A stretch of 64,000 nucleotides of DNA from Chiloscyllium plagiosum (Eukaryota): the NCBI RefSeq assembly GCF_004010195.1, contig NC_057719.1, positions 27,773,458 through 27,837,457 of the forward strand, read 5' to 3'. The position numbers and the translations under genes were made by a program. The notes below the pieces were generated by a model that had not been told where the DNA came from, searched no databases, and worked only from the letters and a program-made list of their open reading frames with translations. This document shows, piece after piece, positions 1 through 12,290 of the stretch. The number at the start of each line of letters is the position of its first letter. Position 1 is the first letter of the stretch.

Positions 1-42
1 GGATCTGGGTATCATAGCAGTTTACTACATCGCTAAAGCAAG

Positions 43-1003
43 TCATAGTCATTGTGTCATAGAGATGTACAGCATGGAAACAGACCCTTCGGTCCAACCC
101 GTCCATGCCAACCAGATATCCCAACCCAATCTAGTCCCGCCTGCCAGCACCTGGCCCATATCCCTCCAAACCCTTCCTATTCATAGACCCATCCAAATGC
201 CTTTTAAATGTTGCAATTGTACCAGCCTCCACACTTCCTCTGGCAGCTCATTCCATACACGTACCACCCTGTGTGAAAAAGTTGCCCCTTAGGTCTCTTT
301 TATATCTTTCCCCTCTCACCCTAAACCTATGCCCTCTAGTCCTGGACTCCCCGACTCCAGGGAAAAGACTTTGACTATTTATCCTATCATGCTCCTCATG
401 ATTTTGTAAACATTTCTAAGGTCACCCCTTAACCTCCGACGCTCCAGGGAAAACCGCCCCAGCTTGTTCGGCCTCTCCCTATAGCTCAAATCCTCCAACC
501 CTCGCAACATCCTTGTAAATCTTTTCTGAACCCTTTCAAATTTCATAACATCTTTCCAATAGGAAGGAGACCAGAATTGCATGCAATATTCCAAAAGTGG
601 CCTAACCAATGTCCTGTACAGCCACAACATGACTTCCTAACTCTGTACTCAATACTCTGACCAATAAAAGAAAGCATACCAAACAGCCTTCTTCACTATC
701 CTATCTACCTGCGACTCCATTTCAAGGAGCTATGAACCTGCACTCCAAGATCTCTTTGTTCAGCAACACTCCCTAGGACTTTACCATTAAGTGTATACGT
801 CTTGCTAAGATTTGCTTTCCCAAAATGCAGCACCTCGCATTAATTTGAATTAAACTCCATCTGCCACTTCTCAGCCCATTGGCCCATCTGGTCAAGATCC
901 TATTGTAATCTGAGGTAAGCTTCTTCGCTGTCCATTACACCTCCAATTTTGGTGTCATCTGCAAACTTACTAACTGTAACTCTTATGCTCACATCCAAAT
1001 CAT
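43..1003 (-). mobile_element. CR1 (HER1-like) LINE, 5'-truncated 3' fragment
   Basis: Minus ORF 379-630 has the CR1 ORF2 C-terminus (YRTLVRPLLEYC..FWSP..LERRRLRGDL). A KFADDTK-encoding stretch lies near 950-965, and the shark CR1 3' tail lies at ~45-100. Confidence 0.92.
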
Positions 1004-3176
1004 TGTAATCAGGAAAGTTAATAGAATATTATAATTTATTGCAAGAGCAATTGCATTCAGTTATAAAGTTATGATTCAGTTTTAAAGGACAAGGTCAGAT
1101 GACATGAGGAATGCTGTGCACAGTACTGGTCACTTTATTTAAGGAAGGATATAAATATATTAGAAGCAATTCAGAAGTATATTAGACTAATGTCTAATGA
1201 GGAAGGGTTGAACACATCTGGCTTATATCTGGTGAAACTTAAAAGAATAAGAAGTGATTTGAGTTAAATTTATAAAATCTTCAATGGTCTTGATAGAATA
1301 ATGTCATTTCTTGATTCCCATTACTGCTTCTCCAGTGCTCCAATGTCCATTTATGTCCTCTCTTACCTTTTCCACATCTAATAAAGAATTTAATACATTT
1401 TTTTTGTTACTAGCTAGCTTACTCTCATGTTTAATCTTCTTCCTCTTATTGTCTTTTTCTGTTGTTTCCTTCGTTTTCAGAAGACTTCCCAATCCTCTGA
1501 CATCCCACTTCACCAAATTGCATGCTTTTTCATCTGCTTTTATGCTTCATCTGCTTTCCCTCGTCCTCCCTAAGCCTTTCCATCTCTCTTTTCTTAAGAT
1601 GTGCTTTCAAACCTAGCACATCGACCAAGTTCTTTAATCTGTCTGAATAGCACTATAGAAGGCTCAGTTTGTGCTTGTTTAGCATTGGGCAAAAGATAAC
1701 TATCTTGCCAGCAATGCTCAAATCTAGGTTGAATTGTAAAAATAACCATTCCCCTAAATTCTCTTGGCAGGTTCAACTATATTAATAGAGTTTATATAAA
1801 TGCAAGTTACTATTACTGGAAAATGGTGCCTCACTAATACTTGTAATTTCGTTTACAATGCTGCAGCGTACAAACAGTACAACATCTTGTGTTCTACAAC
1901 AAGCTTCTCAACTCAGGGTCTGAGAGGTATCTGGCAAAAATCAATTCCCAAACAAGCAACACTGAATGATATCCAGGACTACCATATATGGTCAATGGTC
2001 CAACATGTTAGCAAAGAGACATGGTCAAGTTTCAGTAGGGATACTCCATTCAGCTTGCTAGTTAACAGGAAACAAGAGAGAGATGGTGCAGTCACCAACA
2101 CGATCTGTATTCTTATCAGGTCAGTGACACTTTGGCAACCTTCCTTATAGAATTATACTGAAGCAGATAAACTACCAATCTCAGTGCTTGCCAAACTCAA
2201 TGATAGCTTAATCAAAGTCAACAACAGTCTAACTGGATCAGAATTCAACTTCAGGGACAGCCTTAACTTCATAATAAATTTCGCAGCCTCTATGCCAACC
2301 TATCAACTTCAATAACACTTTCTCATCTTCACCCTACCAATCTCAGCCACAGTTTACTCAGATCAATGAGTAGAATCAAGATTAATTCAATGTGAAACCT
2401 CCACATCTCAAAGGAATTGTTGTTCAACATCAGTAAAATGTTTCACAATAAGTAAAGCAAAAACAATACAAACATTTAGTCGCATAGTTGATTTTTAAAC
2501 AGAAGGAATACTTGCACTTTGTGACAGAAGTTCAGAGCAATTTTATTACATAATGGAAGGAATCCTCAGAAGCAAAAAGGTTGAGAATCCCTGGCCAATA
2601 AGGTTTGTGTCTGTGATGGAATCAAGCTCAATAAATGCTAGGAATGGAAAAGGATTGATCACAGATTTGCCTGCTATGCTTACACATCTCAATTTATGGT
2701 CTACTGGCTTGAATATTGTTAATGCCACTCATTCCAATGCATTGCAGGAGACAACAGCTAGTGTAGATGTGGTAGGTTTCCTTTCCTTAAGAATGAGTGA
2801 ACCAGTTGGATTTATACAAAAAAGACATGGTCACTTTGTTGCAAGACTAAATCATTAGATTCAGAGAATTAATTTATGAAAAAATTTGAATATTCAACCT
2901 CTGGTTACCTCATGCAGTAACTTAACAAACTGGTCTGTGCCCATAAATACTGTACCTTCTCATGTTTGAAATATTTTAAGCTACCCAGATGAATACCTAT
3001 CTAGTAAAAATCACACCAAATAACCGTGAGGTTTTGAACTTTTAACGCTTAATTACACAAGTATATTTTTTTAAATGGACAGCTACCTAACTTTTGAGAA
3101 GCTGATAACTTGAATTTGCTTATGACAGTTGGTGATAAGATTTGCTCTGAAGACCCATTTTGTAAATACAAAACTA

Positions 3177-3391
3177 AAACAAGAATCGCAGATGTTGGAA
3201 ATCTGAAACAAAAGCATAAATTATTGGAGAAACTCAGCAGGTCTGGCAGCATCTGTGGAGAGAAAACAGTCAATGTTGCTGGTCTACTGACCATTCTTCA
3301 GAAGGTGGGTCACTGGACCCAAATCATTAACTTTGTTTTCTCTCCACAGATGCTGCCAGACCTGCTGCGTTTCTGCAGCCATTTCTGTTCT
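3177..3391. repeat. Palindromic Penelope-like mini-element (two back-to-back arms)
   Basis: Arm cagcaggtctggcagcatctgtggagagaaaaca is followed by its reverse complement tgttttctctccacagatgctgccagacctgctg. The centre holds decayed hammerhead-like halves. Confidence 0.7.
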
Positions 3392-3725
3392 AGGTAATTA
3401 TGCGGCATATTTGTGGCTGAGCATTTCACACTGGGTTTAATCACTGGTTTATGCAGAATTAACTAATGATAACTGCAGGGCCACTGATCTAACCAGCACT
3501 AAATTCAGCCTGGGTACATGCATGACCTGAGTGGGAACTAGATCAGGTTCAGGTGTGGTGCACTTTGTGGCTAAATAGATGCAACAGTCACCATGTCAGC
3601 TCACATATGGACAAATATCATTGATAAGATATTGAAGGAGAACCAACACCTTTAGAAATGCAGCCTAGCAGCAGCAGCCAATGCATAGAGGGGATAACAG
3701 TATAACAAAAGAAAATGGTTCTTAC

Positions 3726-3853
3726 TAAAAGATAGTGGAAAACTTCATGTCCCTCCAGATTGCAGAGAATTCCTCATAGCGCACACTTTCAGTCTGTTGG
3801 AAACGCAACAGCAGCCTCTCCAAGTCATTCTTCAATCCCGCTGTCAATGACAT
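3726..3853 (-). CDS. SNAPC1: snRNA-activating protein complex subunit 1 (SNAP43), first coding exon (128 nt); gene continues left of the window
   Basis: Manual translation MSLTAGLKNDLERLLLRFQQTESVRYEEFSAIWRDMKFSTIF+2 nt matches the recalled human N-terminus MGTPPGLQTDCEALLSRFQETDSVRFEDFTELWRNMKFGTIF. Donor gtaag is at 3725-3721 and acceptor ttgcag ends at 3859. Synteny with HIF1A fits. Confidence 0.95.
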
Positions 3854-4659
3854 GATTTCTGCAATGTCGAGTCACAGATAGGCTAGCAACAGACAAACAT
3901 CAACCTCAATGAGATACTTTTCGAGAACAGGTTAAAGTACCAAATATGTTTGTGTGCACAAAACACTACCTACCTATTTTTCAAATCAACAGTAAGATGT
4001 CACTGGAAAGGCTTGTTCAGTCAGTGAATAGCTGAGCCACACAGAGCACAAACTTCAATCAGATATTGTTGCTAGTTAAGTTGCAAAAAACTAGAGCATC
4101 TGTGAGCAAGAAGAATAGGGCCAGACATTCAATCAAGAAGATCCCACGTTCGCCTGCTAATCTGCGTTAAATTCGCTGACTTTAGTGTTCCAGGGACAAG
4201 CAAGAAAATAAATTAACCAGGTTTTCCAATCTGAGTATCACCAATTCAAAATAAAGATGATTGTCTGCCATCAAAAAAATCTCAGTAAACATCAAACCTA
4301 AAATAGATGCAGCTATGGTATTCAATATTGAGCCCATTCCCAGATCTGTAGCAAAGCTACAGCAAGGGACTTTTGTTTGTAATTCTTTTCACTGCATTGA
4401 GAGATACTTAGTAGGCCAACACTGATTTAACATTCTCTATACGCAACCAAGAAAGTGTTAGTGAGTTGTCATGTTTAACTGTCACAAACCACATGGTGTA
4501 GGTATACCCACAGCGTTGTTAGGAAGTTCTAATATTTTGATTCAGGATCAATAATAGAATGGCAATTAAAGTTCTAAGGGTCATGTATGGCTTGAAGGGA
4601 ATTTTCAAATGGCCAAGTTCTCATTCATCTGTTGGATGTCATGGGTTTATATATGGACA

Positions 4660-5810
4660 TACAAACAAGGAACAAGGTTCGGTCCTTTAAGCCTGCTCTG
4701 CCACTCAATAAGGTCATGGCAATCTGATTTTCTCAAACTCTACACTCCTGCATATCCACAACAATCTTCCAACCCTTTAGCAATCAAGAATCTACCACTT
4801 CTTTAAAAATAGAAAGAAGCTGCTTCCATTGCCTTTTGATATGGGAATTCCAAAGACCCTCAATACTGAGAGAGAAAACAAAATTCCTCATCTTTGTTTT
4901 AAATGGACACCCTTTATGTTTGATCTATGACCCCTAGTTATAGATTCTCTCTCAAGTGGAAACATGCTTTCAACTTCCAATCAGTTAAGTGCCTTCATGA
5001 ACTGATGTTTCAGCTAAATCACCCCAGACTCTTAAGCTCAAGAGGAAATTTTCTCGTCTTTGGTCATGAGGCAACCTGTTCATTTGAGGCATTAGTCGAA
5101 AATGTTCTTTGAACTGCTTCCAAAATCCTTCTCTACGACACTGATCAGTACTGTACAGAGTACTCAAAATGCAATCTTTCCAATGCCCCGTATAACTGAC
5201 GCATAACCTCCTTACTCCTGCATTCAATTCTCCTCACAATAAACTACAACATTCGATTACTTGTCGTACCTGCATACTAATTTTCTGCGAGTCATGTGCT
5301 AGGACATTTGGATCTCACTACATCTCAGAGTTCTGCAACCATTCAACATTGAGATAATATTTTTTTTTAAGTTCTTTTTGACAAAGTGGACAATTTCAAC
5401 TTTTTCATATTGTACTCCATTTGTTAGATCTTTGACCACTCATTTAATCTATATCCTTTTGTCAGCTTGTGTCCTCTTCACAACTTACCTACCTACCTAT
5501 CTTTATGCTAAGCTACCACACATGGAACAGTACAGCAAAGGAACAGACCCTTTGGCCTACTATGTCTGTGCTAACCTTGATGCCACTCTCAACTAACGCC
5601 ATCTGCCTGCACATGGTCTGTAACCCTTATCTCCTCCCTGTTCACGTGTCGAAGTGTCTCTTAAACATGCTGTCATACATCTTTGATCCTGTCATCCTAA
5701 TCATTTATATGAATTGTAAAGAATTAGGCACCAGCACTGATCCTGGTGATACACCAAGACACCCCGCCAGCCTGAAAAAGATACACTCATTCTTAGTCAC
5801 TGCATCATCA
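4660..5810 (-). mobile_element. Old degenerate CR1 fragments
   Basis: Decayed CR1 3' tail and RT-like remnants (ggcaccagcactgatcctggtg; ORF 4985-5227 with YTGHWKDCILSTLYS). Confidence 0.6.
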
Positions 5811-7062
5811 TAGCTAACTAATACATTTTATTTTAGAACTTCCTATGACTAAAACAAGTGCACTAATTTAAAACATATTGTTGGGTTCAGTGATTAATTG
5901 ATAGCACTGATTATTTGATCTTTTTTAATTTTTCTAAGTTTTGGTTAAGATCAGAGAAAGGCATGGCTTTGATTTAACTTTCAAATTTATTTTGCAGATT
6001 CTGCTGAAAGATACTGGATGAGTTGTTGCAGTACATTTTGTGGACTGCCACTGTTTATTAATAGTGGAAGAAGTGAATGTTTAAGGTGGTGGATGTGGTG
6101 TCAATCAAGCAGACTGCTTTATCCTGGATGGTGTCAAGTTTCTTGAATATTATTGGAACTGCACCCATCCATAGGATCATAGTAGCATACAGCATGGAAA
6201 CAGACCCTTTGGTCCAACTAGTCCACACCAACAATGCTCCCAAACTAAACTCGTTTCACTTACCTGTGTTTGGCCCATATCCCTCCAAACCTTTCCTATT
6301 CATGTAACTGTCCAAATGTCTTTTAAACATTGCAACCGTACCTGCATCCACCATTTCCTCTGACAATTCATTCCATACACTGACCACATTATGTGAAAAA
6401 AAGTTGCCTCTCATGACCTTTTTAAATCTTTCTCTTCTCATCTTAAAAATATGCTCCCTATTTCCCCACCTTAGGGCAAAGTCCTTTGCTATTCACCTTA
6501 TCTATGCCCCTCACAATTTTAAAAGGTCACCCCTCAATCTCCTACACTCCATTGAGAAAAGTTCCAGTCTATCCAGTCTGTTTTTATAACTCAAGCTTTC
6601 CATTCCTAGTAACATCCTGGTAAATCTTTTCTGAACCCTCCCCAATTTAATAATGTCCTTCCTATAGCAGGACTACTAGAACTGCACACAGTAGTCCAGA
6701 AGAGGCCTCCTGCACAACATGGCATACCAACCGGTATACTCAAAGGTCTGAGCAGTGAAGGCAAGCATGCTAAATGCCTTTTTAACCACCCAGTCTACCT
6801 GTGAAGCAAACCTCAAAGAACTATACAACCCTTACGCGTATCTGTTCTACAATACTGCCCAGGACCCTCCCATTAATCGTATATGTCCTGACCTTGTTTG
6901 TTTTATAAAATTGCATTTATCAAAATTAAACTCCATCTGCCACTCCTCAGCCCAATTGATCAAGATCCCTTTGTAATCTTAGATAACCTTCTTCACTGTT
7001 CACTATAATCACTATAAATCCCAGAGGAAACATCACAGAAGTGCTTCACAGGAGGCTCCCAA

Positions 7063-7102
7063 GCACTGAGGATGTCACCTAGACAGGGGACGAAATGTCT
7101 GC
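7063..7102 (+). ncRNA. Minimal type I hammerhead ribozyme motif in a ~130-bp Penelope-like insert (7008-7140)
   Basis: GCA-CTGAGGA-T-GTCACC-TAGACA-GGGGAC-GAAA-TGTC-TGC: stem I GCA/TGC, CUGAnGA and GAAA boxes, GUC triplet. The insert is flanked by a ttcactata duplication. Confidence 0.65.
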
Positions 7103-7424
7103 AACACAAATTCCCAGCTTGGCGAACAGAACCACAACAACTTTTCACTATACTTCCAATTTTGTGTCATCAGCAAAGTTACTCACCATGCGTATATTCT
7201 CAGCAAAATCATTTATATAAAATGAGCAACAAAAGTGGACCCAGTACCGATCCCTGTGGAACACCACTGGTCACAGGCATCCAGTACGAAAAACAACCCT
7301 CCACCATTATCCTCTGTCTCCTGCTATAAGCCAATTTTGTATCCAGCTGACAAACTCACCCTGAATCTCACATTATCTAACTTTAATTACTAGTATACGA
7401 TATGGAACCTTCATACATCATCAT

Positions 7425-7737
7425 AGAATCCCCTTCAGCCCACCAAGTCCACACCAACCCTCTGAAGAGCAACCCACCCAGACCCATTCCCCCACCCTAT
7501 TATCCTTACCCCTGACCAATGCAACTAACCTACACATCCCTGAACACTATGGGACATTTAGCATGGCCAATTCACCTAACCTGCGCATCTTTGGATTGTG
7601 GGAGGAAACCGGAGCACCCAGAGGAAACCCACGCAGACTCAGGGAGAATATGCAAACTCAAAGAGTTTGCCCAAGGCTGGAATTGAACCCAGGTCCCTGT
7701 GAGGCAGCAGTGCTAACCACTGAGCCACCGTGCCACC
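7425..7737 (-). mobile_element. HE1-type V-SINE
   Basis: tRNA-derived head (ggcacggtggctcagtggttagcactgctgcctcac, B box gggttcaattcc), V-domain and CR1-like tail. Confidence 0.92.
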
Positions 7738-9021
7738 CCAAGCCTTGTCAAAAGCTTTACTAAAATTCAAGCAAACAACATCTATTGCTCTGCCCACATC
7801 CAGGCAAGTAGAGAGTACTATCAAGACTTGTGTTTTGCAGATGGTGGATAGGCTTTGGAGAATTAGAAGGCCAGTTACTCATGTCAGAATTCCTGCTCTT
7901 GTAGCTATATGGCTAGTCCAGTTCAGTTACCAGTCAATGATAACCTCAACATGCTGACTGTGGAAATTTCAGCAATGGGAATTCACATATCAAAGAGAAA
8001 TGGTTGGATTCTCTTGTTGGAGATGGCTGCTGCCTGACACTTGGGTGGCACAAATGCTATTGACTACATGTTAAACTATCACTTGAGACAGCACAGTGTT
8101 ATCTAATGATGGATGATGCTCAAATGAGGTACAATAACATCTCTGAATAGGATGATCAGAAATATCTAGACATAAAGAATTTCTAACATAAATATACATT
8201 AGTTAGCAATTAATCATGTCACGTGTGGCAACAGCACCTTAATATATGTATGCCTTAACTGCAGCTCACAATAAACAAACTAATGCAAATGTTGCAAATT
8301 AGAAAATGCTGAAAACATTCAGATCTCAACCTCAGCTGAGAGAACAGGCAAATTAATGTTTCGGATGTAGACATTTTTTCCTAAGATCTTATGTCCCAAA
8401 GAAGAAAACGTTTTGCAAAACCTTAACTTGTTTGTTAAATGTGCACTAGTGCCAAATAACCCGTTTATAATCTGTTTCCCGGGCTGTGTGCCCCAAAACA
8501 AAGCGGACCAAGGAGTGTGGAGGGTTAGGCCATTCGGCCCATCGGCCCCTGCTCCGACAAACCACCCATATTCATTATCAATCTCCCCGCTACAGATCAA
8601 AGAAAACGCGTTCCCGCGGGGATTCAGGAGCAGCGAAAACTCCTTTTTAGCTTTGGTTTCAAGGAATAATTTCTGAGACAGAGTTTTGTTTAACTGGGCC
8701 AAAGGGAAGGTGTTGCTGGACAACATTAAACATGTGCACGCACACACAGGGCCCTTGGCTGCACTCTGCTCAGATCAGGCGGTGTTTTCACGTTCCCACC
8801 AGTAAATTCTAGAAGATTTTTTCTTATAAAAATAAAAATACAGCTTCCCCTACCCCCCAGTAAAGATGGGCCCGGGCCCAGGGACACAGGTTCATATCCG
8901 AGCAAAAAGCCGGGGGGAGCCAAAATGCTCCCATCGCCGGCCCTGTAGTGACCCTTTGACCACCCGCAATCGCCTCACAGCTCCCGTCCGCCTCTCCCTC
9001 TCCCTGACCCAGACCCGTTAC

Positions 9022-9110
9022 CAGGGCCCCGGCTCCAGCGCCTTCCTCCACCCGCGGCCAGAGCGCGGCGTCTCCGAGCGACAGGAACCTCGAGCCGCCG
9101 TCCCTCCGCT
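9022..9110 (-). other. SNAPC1: Candidate non-coding first exon of SNAPC1 (TSS approximate)
   Basis: Minus-strand donor CTG|GTAACG at 9021, followed by GGG-rich sequence typical of a first intron. Confidence 0.5.
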
Positions 9111-9128
9111 GGCCGCTAGGGGGAGCGC
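9111..9128 (+). promoter_or_regulatory. CTCF motif (forward)
   Basis: GGCCGCTAGGGGGAGCGC closely matches the CCASYAGRKGGCR core. Confidence 0.55.
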
Positions 9129-9487
9129 GGAGCAGCCTGACCAACACGCTCTGCTCCAGGGAATGTACAGTCAGGTGTGTGTTCCCGGTGAGGAACATAG
9201 TCCTGCACCACACAAACCAGTGAACTACATTAACATACGTGTGTGTGTGTGTGCGCGCAAAATAAATTGTAACTCAAACTGCATAAGGTAGCTTTCCTAA
9301 AACAAAACGTGATTGCCAAAAGGGTGTGGGCATTGCCAGAATTTATCACCCATCCCTTGGGTGGGTTGTGGTGACTATTTCTCCTGGAGCCTTGGATTGT
9401 AGGTACACCACAGTCCTGCAAAGGAGGAAATTTCGGGATTTTGACCCAGCCGCATTGCAGGGGCGGGAAAGCCATGTAATTCATAGC

Positions 9488-9582
9488 TGAAAATGTGTTG
9501 CTGGAAAAGCGCAGCAGGTCAGGCAGCATCCAAGGAGCAGGAGAATCGACGTTTTGGGCATGAGCCCTTCCTGAAGCCCTTC
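9488..9582 (-). mobile_element. Penelope-like hammerhead mini-element, decayed
   Basis: Family body tgttgctggaaaagcgcagcaggtcaggcagcatccaaggagcagg with TSD ttcatagc at 9480-9487 and 9583-9590. The core is damaged (GAAA to AAAA). Confidence 0.7.
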
Positions 9583-9869
9583 TTCATAGCCAGGATGGGG
9601 GAGGTGGAACTTGCAGGCTTTAGTGTCCCCGTTTATCTGCTGCCCTTCTTCTACATGGTAGTGTTCATGAGTTTGGGCAAGTTGGATTTGTCCTTTATTC
9701 CGGGCAGGACAGACCTGGACAATGTGCACATTGTCAGGTGGTTGCCAGTATTGTGAGTCTGTATTGGAACAGCTTGGCTCGATCCGTAACTGAAGCAAAA
9801 TGTAAATCAAAATGAAAGCAAACTTAAATAAGGAGAATTTTTTTAAAAATAGCTTGACAAAGAAGAACT

Positions 9870-12290
9870 GCTTGTTCTATGGTGCTGTGGAGTCCGTGGA
9901 CTAAGTATATATTGGGTGTGGGCGCTTGCACTCCCTTTCTAATTTTCTTAAAAGCCTCCTTCTCTGTTTTTGGTTGCACTTCAGTCCCACAGTCCTGATC
10001 TTCGGGCAACCTGTACGGAGGAGAAGGGCAGGTCTGAAGACCTGCTTGTGGGTCTGCTCCTGGGCCTGGCCAAATTGGCCATAAACAGATCCAGGCAGCT
10101 GGCCGTGGAGGGGTTGTTAGGGCCTATTGCCTAACCCTCTACTGTGGTTTTGTTAGAGCCTGGTATCTTTGGAGAAGGAGCACGCCGTGTCCACTAACAC
10201 CCTTGAGCTATTCAGGGAGAGGTGGGCGCCGCAGGGAGTGGAGTGTGTTATTTATAGAGTCATAGAGTCATAGAGATGCACAGCATGGAAACAGACCCTT
10301 CGGTCCAGCCCGTCCATGCCGACCAGATATCCCAACCCAATCTAGTCCCACCTGCCAGCACCCGGCCCATATCCCTCCAAACCCTTCCTATTCATATACC
10401 CATCCAAATGCCTCCTAAATGTTGCAATTGTACCAGCCTCCACCACATCCTCTGGCAGCTCATTCCATACACATATCACCCTCTGCGTGAAAGAGTTGTC
10501 CCTTAGGTCTCTTTTATATCTTTCCCCTCTCACCCATAACCTATGCTCTCAACTTCTGGACTCCCCGACCCCAGGGAAAAGACTTTGTCTATTTATCCTA
10601 TCCATGCCCCTCATAATTTTAGAAGTCTCTATAAGGTCACCCCTCAGCCTCCGACACTCCAGGGAAAACAGCCCCAACCTGTTCAGTCTCTCCCTGTAGC
10701 TCAGATCCACCAACCCTGGCAACATCCTTGTAAATCTTTTCTGAACCCTTTCAAGTTTCACAACATCTTTCTGATAGGAAGGAAACCAGAATTGCACACA
10801 ATATTCCAACAAAGGCCGAACCAATGTCCTGTACAGCTGCAACATGACCTCCCAACTCCTGTTCTCAATGCTCTGACCAATAAAGGAAAGCATATCAAAT
10901 GCCTTCTTCACTATCTTATCGACCTGTGACTCCACTTTCAAGAAGCTATGAACCTGCACTCCAAGGTCTCTTTGTTCCGCAACATTCCCTAGGACATACC
11001 ATTAAGTGTATAAGTCCTGCTAAGATTTGCTTTCCCAAAATACAGCACCTCGCATTTATCTGAATTGAAAGCCATCTGCCACTTCTCAGCCCACCGGCCC
11101 ATCTGGTCCAGATCCTGTTGTAATCGGAGGTAATCTTCTTTGCTGTCCAATACACCTCCGATTTTGGTGTCATCTGCAAACTTACTAACTGTACCTCTTA
11201 GGCACGCATCCAAATCATTTATGTAAATGACAAAAAGTAGAGAGCCCAGCATGGATCCTTGTGGCACTCCACTGGTCACATGCCTCCAATCTGAAAAATA
11301 ACCCTCCACCACCACCCTCTATCTTCTACCTTTGAGTCAGTTCTGTATCCAAATGGCTAGTTCTCTCTGTATTCTGTGAGATCTAACCTTGCTAATCAGT
11401 CTCCCATAGGAAACCTTGTCGAGCACCTTACTGAAGTCCATATAGATCACATCTACTGCTCTGCCCTCATCAATCTTCTTTGTTACTCCTTCAAAAAACT
11501 CAATCAAGTTTGTGAGACATGATTTCCCACGCACAAAGCCATGTTGACTATCCCGAATCAGTCCTTGCCTTTCCAAATACATGTACATCCTGTCCCTCAG
11601 GATTACCTCCAACAACTTGCCCACCACNNNNNNNNNNNNNNNNNNNNNNNNNNNNNNNNNNNNNNNNNNNNNNNNNNNNNNNNNNNNNNNNNNNNNNNNN
11701 NNNNNNNNNNNNNNNNNNNNNNNNNNNNNNNNNNNNNNNNNNNNNNNNNNNNNNNNNNNNNNNNNNNNNNNNNNNNNNNNNNNNNNNNNNNNNNNNNNNN
11801 NNNNNNNNNNNNNNNNNNNNNNNNNNNNNNNNNNNNNNNNNNNNNNNNNNNNNNNNNNNNNNNTTCTAAGGATTCACTTGATCTATCCTGTCTATACCTG
11901 ACATATGCTTCCTTCTTTTTCTGAACCAAACCCTCAATTTCTTTCGTCATCCAGCATTCTCTATACCTACCAGCCTTCCCTTTCACCCTCTCCATCTAAA
12001 CCTTTAATACTATGGTAGTCCCAGTCGATGTTTGGAAAGTTAAAACCCCCTACCATAACTACCCTATTATTCTTACAGATGGCTGAGATCTCCTTACAAG
12101 TTTCCCTGTCCAATTCTATTTTGATTTAATCCCTGCCCTCCCCTTCACTGTTTGATCACACAGCATTGCCCTTTGATGTGAAGGGCACTGCCTGTCACTG
12201 GCCACTCGGGTGTTTCCTTTCTTCCTGGTGGTGGAAACTGAATAAAAATTTGCGTATCTTTTGTCTTTCACTGTGCCTCACACCTGCACA
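9870..12290 (+). mobile_element. Tx1/L1-clade LINE 3' end, split by CR1 (pieces ~9870-10254 and ~12104-12290)
   Basis: Plus-strand translation remnants EDLLVGLLLGLAKLAINRSRQ and LEKEHAVSTNTLELFRERWAPQGVEC. The 3' UTR with AATAAA (12241) and an A-rich tail resumes after the CR1. Confidence 0.6.
10255..12103 (-). mobile_element. CR1 LINE ORF2 fragment (contains N gap)
   Basis: Minus ORFs with QHGFVRGKSCLTNL, DFSKVLDKV, GVPQGS, YINDLD, KFADDTK and LRGDLIE; (catagagt)n tail at 10255-10275. Confidence 0.95.

Larger units (their letters stand above)
6175..7797 (-). mobile_element. CR1 LINE 3' fragment with nested hammerhead element and SINE
   Basis: CR1 tail at 6175-6300; RT motifs GRAIDVVCLNFSKAFDK and GVPQGS (ccctgtggaacaccactggtcac at ~7252-7273). 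Confidence 0.9.
6015..8060 (-). mobile_element. Older LINE (L2/CR1-group, distinct family) split by a CR1 insertion
   Basis: Minus translation KKLDTIQDKAVCLIDTTSTTLNIH at 6070-6170. The sequence resumes at ~7797 after a repeated catcca. Confidence 0.55.
8500..9470 (-). promoter_or_regulatory. SNAPC1: CpG island, probable SNAPC1 promoter
   Basis: High GC and CpG density at 8860-9150 and a GC box gggcggg at ~9461. It lies ~5 kb upstream of the ATG exon, which itself begins at a splice acceptor. Confidence 0.7.

Noticed and set aside
3420..3695. Possible ancient AmnSINE2-like element in the SNAPC1 intron
   Set aside because: Resemblance is too weak to call without a profile search.
1..3720. 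SNAPC1 second coding exon (expected YFLPPY/IRVGALYLLY-like sequence)
   Set aside because: Not found by eye; probably lies left of the window.
8824..9291. 129-aa and 141-aa ORFs in the SNAPC1 island
   Set aside because: GC-driven open frames with no similarity to SNAPC1 or any protein I recognise.
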